From: Podarcis pityusensis
Taxonomy: Eukaryota
NCBI GenBank assembly: GCA_964106645.2
Contig: OZ067043.1
Strand: one strand, 5' to 3'
DNA: 64,000 bases
Positions 1 to 12,050 of this stretch are shown here, piece by piece (position 1 is the first letter of the stretch; each line of letters opens with the position of its first letter). The notes beneath the pieces are model-generated. The model saw only the letters and a list, made by a program, of their open reading frames with translations, did no database searches and was not told the origin of the DNA. A program made the translations under genes and the position numbers.

Positions 1-536
1 GTCTCTGAGGGAAATTTCGTGTGCAGCTTGCTCATTATGGGTGAGATGAGATTAGATGAGTAATCTAACTGCACTGTTCTGTAGTTGAAGAAAGGCCATG
101 TTTGACCAGTAGCTCAAAGAAAGATTCTTCTGCATATTGATCAGTTGGGTGACAGTAGCCAGTAAACAGGAAGGAGATGTTTAGATTGAACATGATTACA
201 TTGCTGTGAAGGTAAATATGTCTTTTTAGGTCTGGTTCAGACATAACAGGAAGCCATGGTTTCCTGTTACAAGAACAAGTTGTGGTGAGCTTTATGTACT
301 TTCTCCTCCCAGCTTTTTTGTTTTGTTTTGTGGCAGTAAAGAAATTAGAAGCTTCTGCTTCTAATTTTAAACAAACCACAGTTTCCCATCATGTCTGAAC
401 TTGGAACTGTGGTTTGTATAAAAGTTGGAAGGGAAAGCTGCCAATTTTCTCCTCCTGTGAAAGGAGAGTGAGGAGCACATGAGCCTGAGACTTGTCCTGG
501 TCCATTCATGTAATAACAAAGCATAGTTTCCTATTA

Positions 537-777
537 CAGTAGTACCTCGGTTTACAAACTTAATCCATTCTGGAAGTCCATTCTTAAACCAAAACCGTTC
601 TTAAACCAAGGCACGCTTTCCCTAATGAGGCCTCCCACCGCCTGTGCCCTTCCACCATTCAGATTCCATTCTTAGACCGAGGTAAAGTTCACAAACCGGG
701 ACACTTCTTCCGGTTTTGAGGAGTTCGTAAACCGAATAGTTCGTAAACAGGGCTGTTCTCAAACCGAGGTACCACTG
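537..777. mobile_element. Non-autonomous Tc1/mariner (pogo/Tigger-like) MITE, subfamily A
   Basis: TIRs CAGTAGTACCTCGGTTT ... AAACCGAGGTACCACTG. Left flank TA, right flank TG (degenerate TSD). Closely similar to the copy at 58291-58519. Confidence 0.85.
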
Positions 778-2073
778 TGTATCTTACATCTATGTAGATT
801 AGCAGCAATAGGATGAAATATTATTCCCCTAGGCATGTACCTTGCGAGAGTGACAGGTGCTCTCATTTAGAGTATTGATCACTAGCCAGCCTGTTTATGT
901 GGAAGCACCATAATGACAATTGCAGTGATCTAGACCTTTGTGTTAATTGATTTGCATGAATGAACATTTTCTGTAATCAGCTTTCTTTCCTTTAGCCTCT
1001 GATTCTTACATCTTTGTAAATGTCCCAATGGACCTTAATTAGACAGAAAGGGTAGGTTTTACAATCACTGGGGTGTTTGCAGGTTTTTTCAGAAGTGTTT
1101 CAAATATACACAATTCCACTTAAATGTGTGGTTCCCCAGAACGTAACCCAGAACATTAAAATATCACATGTTGCAAATTGGGTTTCAACAAGGGGCTGCT
1201 GTTTTCAGAGATGTTTCTTGCAACAGGTAGTGCCACCCTTAGCCAGATTCTGTGGTTCGCTAGAAGCACTTAGAACACCCAGAATAATAAACAAATGTTG
1301 GTCCCCTAGAACTGGAAGCTTCTGGGTGTGAACACATAAATAGTACAAATGAGGTTTACTGTCTGCAGTCTTTAAGGTTACCACTTTTCTATGATCCCCC
1401 CCCCCCCATTTTTAAAGGTTTAATTTATCACATAATGATTAGTTACGCTTGACAGGAAGAGGTAGCCTTTACCCAGAGCCTGGCTCTGCTTCCATCTGCT
1501 GCATATTGCATGAGTTGGCTGTACCCCAGTTTTAAGGCTCAAAATCAGCAAATTGTTTCTCAGTTCCCCAGGTTGGTATGAGACCAGAAAGACTCAGGTA
1601 GGCAAAGAACTATAGAAATGTAAGGTTGAATGTTTAATCTAAGTTCTTTCACATCCTGCAGCTGCAATAAAAACGGGTCTGTGTATGTGATATACTTACT
1701 ATACGTGCTTGCTTTATTCTGGCATGCTACTTTGGTGTTATTTTTAATAACAGCCTATGCCAACCTGGTGTTTTGGACTACAACTTCTCCATTCCCCTTA
1801 ACACTGCCTCCCAAAAGATAGTGTTGAGGGGAAGGTGGGATGTGGCATTTAGCTGCAGGAGCCGAAAAAGAAGCAGTCCAGAGTAGAAGTGAGCATTTTG
1901 TGAGCGGCAGAATGCCCATCTCCAAGTATGTGAACATCCACTCAAAGCTCTGCAGGCTTCTAAGTCTTGTGGAACTTTCGCATCTTTGTCAGAGTTGTCT
2001 TTTCTGCCACTGCAGCTTTTTAAAAAAGTGAGTTGATATGAACTGAATGATGCAGAACCTACAGACAGAATAA

Positions 2074-2207
2074 TTGGTGCTTTTTCAGGGGGTACTCAAG
2101 GGAACACAGTACCAGCACCTCTTTTTGTCGTTAAAAAGTGTGGCACTCACTATAACAAATTCATGGTGAGTACCAGCACCTATTTTCCTAAGGGGAAAAA
2201 AGCACTG
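2074..2207. mobile_element. Short DNA-transposon-like element (MITE remnant)
   Basis: Imperfect terminal inverted repeats GTGCTTTTT(C) ... GAAAAAAGCACTG. Internal AGTACCAGCACCT occurs twice. No clear TSD. Confidence 0.5.
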
Positions 2208-2789
2208 AGACAAATTATATCATATTGTGATGTGACTGCAAATGTGCACAGCTCAGGATAAGAGAGGGTTGGCATCTTAATATTGTACCCTTGAGTGCTT
2301 GGAGCAAGAACTGCTTCTGCCTAGATTAATATTTCCACCTAAAAAATCCATGGCAACTATTGACTCATGATAAAGTTTTATCAAGTGCTTGTTGCATGCT
2401 AATGCAAAGGAAGGAGTTCTTTGTTCTAACTGGAAAAAGTATGTATCCTTTTGTGACTCCTTTGTTTTCTGAGCTCAGGGTACCTACAGTCTTTTCCTCC
2501 AAGCCAAATGCATGAAATGGCAGTTATTGAAAGATGAAAAGTATTCATTCTTCTTGGATGCCTTTTAGAAGGGTGCAACAGCTGGTTGTTAGAAGGGTAA
2601 CAATCACAAAGCCCTTGACATCCACATGTTGCCTGGCCCACTGTGTAAAGCAGCACTGGCCAAGTACCTCAGTAACAGCAAGGCAACAAAGGACAAGACC
2701 AGCATCCTGTTGCTACTTCTGTGCTGTAGATCACCACCAAGCCCATGTCAGTGGCCAAAGACTATCACCAATCTTTCCCCTTCCTCAGG

Positions 2790-2841
2790 ATGGAGGGTTT
2801 AGTCACAGTCTGGTGTGTTATGTTTACTCTGATGACTGTAG
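2790..2841 (+). CDS. Mucin-like TM protein, coding exon 1 (signal peptide MEGLVTVWCVMFTLMTV-G)
   Basis: Acceptor ttcctcag|G ATG. Hydrophobic signal-peptide-like stretch. Donor G|gtaaaa, phase 1, matching the next exon. Confidence 0.75.
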
Positions 2842-3629
2842 GTAAAAGCTTAAATTCAAAAGGCATTGGGGGCTGCCTTATAATAGAAGCTATCTCATGC
2901 ACACACCAAACTCCCCAAACATTTTGGCATGCTGCTGAGACTTGGCATGCTGTTTTCCCCATTAGTCATTATCCTGAGCCTGCTGTGTAGGTGTGTTGAG
3001 TTTGGGTGAAGAAGCCAGCCCAGTTGTGCTCCAGCATGAGGGTTCTTTCAGCAATGCAGAGGAACAGCTGCCTCAGCAGAGACCCAAGACTGGAATAAAA
3101 TGAGTAAAGAGTTATTGAGAAGCTGTAATTTTGTGGTTTGTGGGTGGAGAGTGGGAGTCCAGTTTTAACTCCTGCTTTACTGTGTGAGCAAGTAGTGTGG
3201 GACTCCCTCCCATGCCACACTTAACTGTCTTGTTTGCTGTTGATTCTTCAACACTGTATGGGACGTACGAGATCCTTCATTCACACTGAAATGATTCTTC
3301 TGCAGAGATAGCACTGGCTACCAAGCATACTTGGTTCTAATTGTTTTGGGTTGTTCCCCACCACCAGTTAAGTCCCTCCCCTTGATTTTTTTTGTACTTC
3401 TGAAAACTCGGGGGTTCATGGATGGTTGTGCATGGATGGTTCCATTGTGTGTACACCAGGATCAGTACTTAGACTGAGGTCACTATAAATATATATATGA
3501 TTGATTGTTGCAAAAGGACATGAGATTCTCAAATTGACTTGAACTTTGAGATCATGAAAACTTGTTTTTCAGGGGTGTTAGATTTCAACCTTGGCCTACT
3601 GTATTTTTTGTCTTTACTCCTTTTTCATA

Positions 3630-3871
3630 CAGTGGTACCTCTGGTTAAGAACTTAATTTGTTCTGGAGGTCTGTTCTTAACCTGAAACTGTTCTTAAACT
3701 GAGGTACCACTTTAGATAATGGGGACTCCCACTGCCGCTGTGCCGCTGCTGCGCGATTTCTGTTCTTATCCTGAAGCAAAGTTCTTAACCCGAGGTACTA
3801 TTACTGGGTTAGCGGAGTCTGTAACTTGAAGCATCTGTAACCTGAAGTGTCTGTAACCTGAGGTACCACTG
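3630..3871. mobile_element. Tc1/mariner-type MITE, subfamily B
   Basis: TA|CAGTGGTACCTC ... GAGGTACCACTG|TA. Reverse-orientation relative of 17905-18113 and 57675-57917. Confidence 0.9.
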
Positions 3872-4337
3872 TATTTTGCAAGGAAGCACCCTCACAAAAT
3901 GTTTTGGTCTACATAGCTCCATCGTTATCTTTGGAGGTGGGGAAATAGTGCTTCTTCAAATCCTTGACTTCGTAACTCTGCTGATTTCTCTCTCTGATTC
4001 TTTACCCAACAATGATCATCAGTGGCCATAGGTACCTTTCCTACTCCAGTATGAAGCTCCAATACATTGGTTTGTCATACTTTGTATGTTTGAGGAGCAG
4101 AGGATGAGGTTTGGAGAAAATAATTTCCAGTCTGCAGAGAACTGGATGGCTGCAGTGCTACTAGAGGAGGAGGTTAATAGAAGAGGAGTTTCCTCCCCAC
4201 CCTGTAATTGTAATTGATTTGTCCTGTGGGCTCTGTTCCTTCCCTTTCCCTCTTATTTTCCCCTTGCTGGAAGCAGCTGACCTTCTGGGCATGTGTCTGT
4301 GATTTTAGCTTTCCTCTGTTTGTTTTTCCTGCACTAG

Positions 4338-4742
4338 GAGATGGGCAGAATTTATCATCAGCTCAATCTGGCACTGTGTCACACTTCGTGCTCCCTCACA
4401 CGGAGGCTGGCGGCCTTGGCAACTGGACAATTCCCCCTACTGCCATAAGTGTGGATGGCAACACCACCGTTGCTTCACAGTTAAATCTCAGTAGCTCAGT
4501 CCCGCTTGAATCTCTGGCACCTACTGTACACGGCTCCTTAAGCACCACAGCAAGACTACAGAACACAACGCATGTTGCCAACAGTAGTCCTGACATCCAT
4601 TCACTTCCTGCTGCAACTACAAACTTGGTAGAAGTGAACCAGACCCATCTGAATGATTCCGAACCCATCAGTACCACAGCCTGGGTTAATTCCAGTACAA
4701 ATGTTACGGCTACAGAGCCCTCTCAGCCAAAGGACGTACAAG
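4338..4742 (+). CDS. Mucin-like TM protein, coding exon 2 (S/T-rich, N-glycosylated stalk)
   Basis: Polypyrimidine tract plus cactag| acceptor, donor G|gtaaga. Lies within ORF 4214..4756 and carries 10 N-x-S/T sequons. Confidence 0.85.
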
Positions 4743-5339
4743 GTAAGACTTGGTAGTAGTCAACCACTTCCCATGGAATGTAGCTTAATTCTCAAGCAAC
4801 TTGGGTTGTGTACACACAACATTTTGTTCTGCAATCAAAGGAGACTGAATGCTTGCGTTGTTTTTTTCTATATAGTCCTTGCACAATCTAGATCTACTGC
4901 ATATTTTTATTTCCCTGAAAAGTATTTCTTGAGAAACTGGTTTCATTCCAAAAATAAAAGCTCATTGTGGATTGATTCTGCAATACCTCACAGTGTGTCC
5001 ATTTGAAACAAGATGTAGGCAGTCCTGGCAGTGGGGGTTGTATCCATACCTGCCCAATTATGTTATGGGTGTGCATACACCAAGACTGCAATCATTGCTT
5101 CCTTCTTCAATCACCTGGGGCATGTGTGGGGAGGAAAACATATAGATAGCCTAATCAAGGGGAGGGTTTTCACCTACCCCTGTAGATTGAAAGCCACATG
5201 TTGAGGACAAGCATAAATGATTCTCAACAGAGAAACACTACATATCTGTGCTACAAATGGGTTAGTGAGTGCACAGCCTTGGAAAAGTTTTCAATTGACT
5301 TTATTAGGTGGAATACCTCAGAAAGTTTTTTGGCTCTAG

Positions 5340-5407
5340 TTGTTGTTGTTTAGTGGTTTAGCTGTGTCCGACTCTTCGTGACCCCATGGACCAGAGCACG
5401 CCAGGCT
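5340..5407 (-). mobile_element. RTE/BovB-type LINE (or derived SINE) 3' tail fragment
   Basis: Reverse complement reads GGGGTCACGAAGAGTCGGACACAGCTAAACCACTAAACAACAACAA, the typical BovB-like 3' end with a (CAA)n tail. Confidence 0.65.
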
Positions 5408-5528
5408 CTAGTACCTTATCCCATACCTGCCAAAATTGGAGTGGAGAGAATAGAACACAATCTGAGTAGAACTCCCAAGTGCCTGGAATCATAATTAGAT
5501 GTTTCTATAACCTAGGCATAAATATTAC

Positions 5529-6219
5529 TGAGGCAAGGAAGAAGGGCTACCCCTATGCTATCCATATAATCAGTTATCAGTAATCAATATATTCATATAT
5601 GCTTACACATAATCAAGGCTTACAGTATTTTATAATCCATTTTGAATCAAAGGGAAGCTGTGCCTTAGCTAACTGCAAACTGCTTGAAACAGCAAAGTTA
5701 GGAGCCGACCTTTCCCCTACAAACATCCGTGTACCCTGGACAAGGGGAAGACGTGAATCAGAGATACTGGTACAAAAACCCCTCAGATACAGGCTAAATT
5801 AATTCTCAGAACAGAAAGAGCAAAACCACAAAATCTCCAAACTCCCTGTCCTGTCATAACTAGGGGAGAGGTTAGACAGAGCGTCACTGCAAGCATCGGA
5901 AAGCAGAACTAGAACTCCGTGCTTGACAGTGCTTGACCAGGAGCTGGTAGCGTGGCAAGGAGCTTGCTAATTGGCTAATTCTCACTGACAATATCGTGAG
6001 TCCCTCATGGTTGTCTCATGATCTATGATTTGCTGTGATCTGCTCAGGTATAAAGACCTCTGGATTTCTGTCAATCGGGGTCCCAGTTCCTTTTGGAAGA
6101 GATTCCAAACTGGGTCCTTATTGCCTGGCAATAAACTTCACCTTCTTATTCTCCATTGCTGAGTCTGCCTGATCCTTATTTAACACCAAGCGAGTACCTG
6201 CTTACGTTCACGTGCTTCA
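5529..6219 (+). mobile_element. Solo LTR of an ERV/LTR retrotransposon (691 bp)
   Basis: TGAGGCA...TGCTTCA termini (TG..CA, short inverted repeat), 4-bp TSD TTAC on both sides, TATAAA at 6049-6054, AATAAA at 6130-6135. Confidence 0.8.
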
Positions 6220-7079
6220 TTACCTCTTCGATGACAATTATAGTTCTGTTGACACAGGATATTTATTCAATCCCTCATGTAAACTTCAGTACACTTTGAA
6301 AACCTTGCAGTTTTTCATAAAATGGAAGGCAGGTAATTCTGGGTTGTTGTCAAGCGGTAAATGGAGAACAGAAAGTCAGACATCTGGGCAAATGCCTTGC
6401 TCCATATATATAAAAAGTTATGACATAACAAATTGGTATAATTTGGATATGCAGTAAATTAAAATATAAACAAGGAACCACAGAAAGAGGGAGAGAGGAG
6501 TCTAAATAAGTAAATGATTGTCTGCAAAGTAAATTTATATTTATTTTGTATATTGTAAAAGCTTATAAGTGTATTTTTTAAAAAGTTATGGCATTGTAAC
6601 AAAAATAGGGAAAGTTATTTTCACCTTTCTTCAAAGGATGAGAAAATCACAGCAAGATGTGCTGCAGGGTTCTATATGATTAGCAGGAACCATTCCATAC
6701 TGGGAGTCCTGGTGTCCATGAAGGCAGAAGTCTTTCTCTGATTGTTCTTTGACTACTTTTTATTGGTTTTGGTGGCTTCAGGATAAAGAGCAGTTCCTCT
6801 CAGGGAACAATTATTGACAGTGGGAGAAGGGGAAAGCTCTGTGTCTGATGTGTCAGAAACAAATGATGCAAAACACATATTGACATAGGCATTGATCTGT
6901 AGGCACCTATCTCTGATGTGTTTGGGCAGGCAATTGATTGTTGATGCTGTAACGCTCCAAGAGATTCCTCTATGCACCATGCAGTGGGGCTTGCCTTTGA
7001 ACTTCCTTTTCCTGTAGAGGGTACACTATGCTAATTCACCTTCCCCCACCCCCTTGGGCCACATGATAAAAGAAGAGCT

Positions 7080-7212
7080 AGGCTGTGTACACGCCATATA
7101 TTTAAAGCACATCCCCACCACCCAAGAATCCTGTGAACTGCACTTTGTTGAGGGTGCTGGGAATTGTAGCTCTGTGGGGGCAAACTACAGCTCCCATGAT
7201 TCTCTGAGGGGG
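7080..7212. mobile_element. Palindromic MITE remnant
   Basis: Inverted arms TGGGAATTGTAG (7158-7169) and ACTACAGCTCCCA (7184-7196). Similar to other short palindromic repeats in the window. Confidence 0.5.
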
Positions 7213-7702
7213 GATGATCTCTGACCCCTGGCTTGTCTGATAGAATTGAAGTATGCTTGGAACTAAAGATTTGGTTTCTAGGATTTCAGTCAGAACCCTC
7301 TTCTAATTATTTTGTGTAGATCAGTTAGGACTCACTTTAGCTGTCTCAATTTGCACCCTAAGATTTCCAGGCTCTACAGCTTGAAAACCCAGATTTTGCC
7401 AACTGACTAACCTAAGAACAGATATTTTCTGCACAACATGTCTCAGAAAGCTTGCTATTGTAAGACAAACTATGGCAAAGGGCTATGTGTATCCACTAGT
7501 GTGTTTCAGCCATTGATGTAAATCTCTTTGCAAGCTTGGTATACTTTGTTCTGGACTCTGGATCTGCTCCATCCATGTCCTAGAATTGTAGTAATAGAGA
7601 GGAAATGATCATGCTGGATTATTTTCATTTATTCTTGCACATCAAAGACCCAGGATCCTCGCTTGATTCACTTGTGGGTGTCTCTCTTGTCTCTTTCTCC
7701 AG

Positions 7703-8017
7703 GGCCGACATCTCCTTCCCAGCCAAAAGCTTCCACACTCATCACCTCGGGGCCTACAGAAGGGAGACCAGAAACTATGTCGGTGGCAAACCGTAATGCT
7801 ATCACAGAGGGGAGCAGTGCTGAGTCCACTTTCGCTCCAAATGCAACTGATACGGATGGAAGAGTGCTCACAGCGAGTGCCTCTAGCACTACCATATTAA
7901 CACCAGGCATTGTCTCCTCCACACTCACTTCTCCCAGAGTCCCACCAGTGGAAACAGAGCAACCAGCTAACCACGTGCAGAAGAAGGCCTCTACCACAGA
8001 CGTAGGAGATGGCGAAG
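7703..8017 (+). CDS. Mucin-like TM protein, coding exon 3 (S/T/P-rich stalk)
   Basis: Acceptor ctctttctccag|, donor GAA G|gtactc. Lies in ORF 7663..8070; phase 1 to 1. Confidence 0.8.
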
Positions 8018-8233
8018 GTACTCACTTGGAGCTCTTATTCCATGCGGGTAGAAACAAGGATAGAGAGTAGTTTGGGAACTAGATATATAGTGGAGATGAA
8101 GGTATATAAAAATGTTTTTGCGACAGAACAAGTTTTGACTTTTGAAGTGCCTAGTAGTTGTATGGAATTGCCATTCTGGGCCGGGAGCGATAATCCATGT
8201 TTGGCTGTCTGACTTTCCCCCCCCTTCCTGCAG

Positions 8234-8400
8234 ACCTACCTAGTATACCAGAAGCCAGCCCAATAGGTGAGGACCCTCTGGTGATTGCAGTCATCTTCAT
8301 CTTCATTGTGACAGTGGGGATCCTGGCTCTTATGGGGTTCTTGCGGTACCGACAGCGCAGTGGCCAGCTGCAGTTCCGGCGGCTCCAGGATTTGCCTATG
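8234..8400 (+). CDS. Mucin-like TM protein, coding exon 4 (TM helix LVIAVIFIFIVTVGILALMGFL plus basic stop-transfer RYRQR)
   Basis: Acceptor ttcctgcag|, donor ATG|gtttgt. A 22-residue hydrophobic segment is followed by basic residues. Confidence 0.9.
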
Positions 8401-8499
8401 GTTTGTGCCCTTGATTAATCCTCCTCGGTTAGACCTCTAACCTGGACTTCACAGGCTCTTATTAGAAGATAGGAAGCTAACCAATGATCTGATTTGGCA

Positions 8500-8642
8500 G
8501 AAGGCAGTCTAGCTCAACCCTAACTGGCAGTGGCTTTCCAGGGTTTCAGACTTTGGTCTCTCCCAGCCCAACAGGAGGTGGCAGGGATTGAACATGAGGT
8601 CTTCTGCATTCAAAGCAGATGTCCTACCATGGAGTTATGGCC
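8500..8642 (-). mobile_element. tRNA-derived SINE fragment
   Basis: Reverse-oriented B-box-like GGGATTGAAC and SINE body. Similar degenerate copy near 47190-47340. Confidence 0.5.
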
Positions 8643-9190
8643 ATTTTCCTTCCTCTGCCTTGAGTGCTCTGCTCTGAAACTAAGGTTTTTTTAAAATATA
8701 CTTTTCAAATATCATGATCAGAATGCATTTGAAAAGGATATAGGCTCCATAGTGTTCGTCAACCCTAACTAGGGTAGCATTCAAGTGTAACCTTTTGTGA
8801 AGGATTCAATTGGAGTTGGGAGGAAAACATCTCTAGTGTCTTCTACTCCATCCTTAAGGGTGATAATTGGATGAAGGACCTCCAGACCACATGGAGGTAC
8901 CATTTTTGGGGGGGGGGCTAGAAAATGGCACCATAGATTCCCCCCCACAGTAAGAGTGACAAAGGTTAGGACCCCCCCCCCCAATTTAAGTTGAATGAGC
9001 TCTCCAGCTGTGGGCCTTCACATTAGGGCATCTCACCTGGAGCATGGCCTAGATGCCAGTACACAATAAATCTTATCCGTCTGCCTCTCCTGAGGCTTCC
9101 CATCTCTTTCAAATACGTCAGTAGTCTGATAACAGCAAGAAGGTTACTTCAGGGTGTCTGTGGAATGGGGCAAGTCATAGAGTGCATATT

Positions 9191-9532
9191 TGTATACCTG
9201 AAGGAGCGTCTCCACCCCCATCGTTCAGCCCAGACACAGAGATCCAGCTCTGAGGGCCTTCTAGTGGTTCCCTCATAGCGTGAAGTGAGGTTGCAGGGAA
9301 CCAGGAAGAGGGTCTTCTCAGTAGTGGCGCCCGCCATGTGGAATGCCCTCCCTTCAGATGTCAAGGAAATAAATAACTCTTTGACTCTTAGAAGACTTCA
9401 GGGAAGTTTTTAATGTTTGATGTTTTATTGTGTTTTTAATATTTTGTTGGGAGCTGACCAGAGTGGCTGGGGCAACCCAGTCGGATGGGCAACATATAAA
9501 TAAAATTACTGCTAGTGCTACTACTACTACTT
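9191..9532 (+). mobile_element. L2-type LINE 3' end fragment
   Basis: ORF2-end motif ...GTGGCGCCCGCCATGTGGAATGCCCTCCC..., then 3' UTR CCAGAGTGGCTGGGGCAACCCAGTCGGATGGG and an A-rich/(TAC)n tail. Confidence 0.65.
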
Positions 9533-9649
9533 GAGGCATGGGCAGAGGGCCTGTGTGCACTGCTTGCTTTTATGCCCTTCACCTACTCCTGCTCCTTCAA
9601 GCCTGTGCAAAATTAACAAGGTCTCCCTTTCCCCCCTTTTTGCTTACAG

Positions 9650-9694
9650 GATGACATGATGGAAGACACACCTCTTTCCCTCTACAGTTACTAA
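9650..9694 (+). CDS. Mucin-like TM protein, last coding exon (DDMMEDTPLSLYSY*)
   Basis: Strong acceptor ccccctttttgcttacag|GAT, phase 0 matching exon 4, TAA at 9692-9694. Confidence 0.8.
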   Translation, partial: DDMMEDTPLSLYSY

Positions 9695-11188
9695 GCAGTT
9701 GGAAGACAATTTTCCTATTGTGATTCTGATCAGCCAAGGGAGGCATAAAGGCTTCTGACCGGGAAGAGCATCCTCTGCAAGATGCTGTCCTGATTTCCCA
9801 TGACTATAAAGTTGTGAGTCAGCTGACTTAGTCTACAAAGAGACTTGTTTTTTCTTTCTTTTTTGGGAATTGGCACCAGCCTGACCTAGTCCTTTCCCTT
9901 GTACCTTTGTGCTCCTTGTGCCTTGTGTCCAGAGCCATACAGCTCTCGGGGAAATGGACTTTCGTTCAGTGACCGCACTAACTCTTGTTCACATTGCCAA
10001 GGGAGGCCTTGCTTGGATTTTGAAGAGCTGCACTGTGGGATTCTTGCACAAGAAGTGAAGCAGCCGTGGGGGCGAGTCAGCCCAGCGCAAAACCGCGGAG
10101 TATGTTACATGTGAAAGGCGATGCAACCCAACTGTGATTTGGAGGGCTAGTTGGCTCCTTCCTTGAGTTTTACATATATACTTTTAAATTGCACTTCTAT
10201 TTACACTTTTTATCAATCGGATCCAAAGGTGTTCCAGAGGGTCTAGCAGGAAAACAAGGAGCAGTGACCCCATATTTGCTATAAGAGCCCTGATCCACCA
10301 GACCAAAAACCATTCAGCCCATCATTCTGCTTCCCATATTGATCAGTCACAAGCCTCCAGGAACCTTGCAAACAGGGTTTGAAGACATTAACCCTGACCC
10401 AAAGTTGTTCCCTAGCAAATGATCTTCAAAGATATTGCATAGCCTTATTGCGGAAGCCTTACTGCATAGCCTTACTGCGGAAGATGTGCTCCGGCCCTCC
10501 AATTATTGCTGTATTTCAGCAGGAATAAAAGCAGTTTTGATTCAGACAACACTGTTTGGGGGAAGCAGTTTATTTCTGGAGTTTCTCCAGAAAATTCTGC
10601 CACTGTTCGTGGTACCAAGGTGTGGCACAGGAGATGCCCAGCAATTATACCAGCCCAGTTGTGCCCAGACGCTTGTCCAACAACAGCTCAGATCAATGGG
10701 ACACATATGTGTACTCAGTGCTGCCACTGGAAGCTGTATCTAACTGTTGTATCGCTTGCTTGTTTGTTAGATTCATATTTAAATAGTCCTGGCAACCGTC
10801 TTTGTGTGGACTCTTGGCAGTTACCTCCTGCTGTTTGCACAGAGCGTTCATTCCCCACCTTGTCCTCTCCTGTTACTTCTTTACCCGCTAATCCTAGAGG
10901 AATTGCTTGTGCCTTGTTTGGATGAAGAAATCTAGAACCAAAGATGGGGCAGACCAATTAAGATGCAGTGTCCCTTTTATGTCTGCATAGGAGTGTACCT
11001 TTTATTTCTTCATTTAAAATTCTCTTTATTCCACCCTGTATCCTCTTTTCTCCAGCTGTTTTCTGTTTCTCCCGTTCTGTTTCCCCTCACTTCCTCCACC
11101 TGACATCTCTCATTTACATCTTTAGCCTTCTGAAGGCTTTTCCAGAACATAACACCTTTGTGTTTGGACTGTTGATTGTGGGTCTACA

Positions 11189-11194
11189 AATAAA
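11189..11194 (+). terminator. Candidate poly(A) signal of the mucin-like gene
   Basis: AATAAA followed by a T-rich downstream element. An alternative AATAAA lies at 10524-10529. Confidence 0.5.
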
Positions 11195-11961
11195 TTGGTT
11201 TTCCTCTAAATAGGCTTATTTCCTTTCTTGCTTGAAGCTTCTCAAGTTGTTAGTTGGATGAGATAGGAGCCTTTGCTCGGGTTTTCTGCAACACCCCCAA
11301 TTTGCATCCCAGCAAACTGGAGGAATTATGTTGCTGCTTCCCCTTCACATGCCTGTATAAAATAAGGAACAGCATAGATTATTCAAAGAAGAGCTAGAGA
11401 GAGCACGCCAGGAACAAAGAAAAAGCTCTAAAGGTTACTCTTTAAATCCTTACACACACCATCTGATTTGTAAAAGGGAATTTTTATTCAGTGGGCAATC
11501 ATGCAGGGGAATCTCACTGTGGCTAAAGGGACTAGTTCTAAGAACTTGGGTTTTTCTTGATCCATCATTCCAAGATAGGGGTACCCCAAACATTTATCTA
11601 GTTAGGAAAGCTACCTCTGATGGACGTTTGAGAACCTCCACAGTTAAAACGCAGGGTGTCACACCCTTGGGCTTTTCAAAGGCCTGCAGAAAGTTGAGTA
11701 TTCCATGTGATGCCCCTAAGAAAGAGGTTGCTCAAATGCTCCCCCTGAAGTCTGCAGAACTGCTCTAGAAGTGAGTAGGACTTGTAGCCACAACTGATGG
11801 ACTAATGCAGATAAAACCCCAACAAGCCTGAAAGATGTTGATAGTGTGATTCAGGTTTGTTTTGTTTGAAGTCTGTGCTACTGAGATTAATAGGGCTCAC
11901 TCTAATGTGTGTCAAGGACTGCAGCCCTGCTTGCTAGATAACTGCTAGGCAGGAAGCACAT

Positions 11962-12050
11962 TCATAGAATTGTAGAGTTGGAAGGGACCCCAAGGGTCAT
12001 CTAGCCCAACCCCCTGCAATGCAGGAATCTCAGCTAAAACATCTATGACA
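11962..12050 (-). mobile_element. CR1 LINE 3' end fragment
   Basis: TCATAGAATTGTAGAGTTGGAAGGGACCCCAAGGGTCATCTAG is the reverse complement of the CR1 3' terminus. Confidence 0.75.

Larger units (their letters stand above)
2790..9694 (+). other. Gene span: uncharacterised type I transmembrane mucin-like glycoprotein (327 aa, 5 coding exons)
   Basis: join(2790..2841,4338..4742,7703..8017,8234..8400,9650..9694) = 984 nt, open frame, all GT-AG, intron phases 1,1,1,0. Encodes signal peptide, Cys-free S/T/P-rich ectodomain with 11 N-x-S/T sequons, one TM helix and a 33-aa tail. An acceptor just before the ATG implies a non-coding upstream exon. Confidence 0.85.

Noticed and set aside
2790-9694. Naming the mucin-like gene (TGOLN2, CD164, PARM1, MANSC1, PTPRA-like)
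   Set aside because: Only generic architecture is shared. The diagnostic tails or domains (YQRL, YHTL, DYLING, phosphatase domain) are absent.
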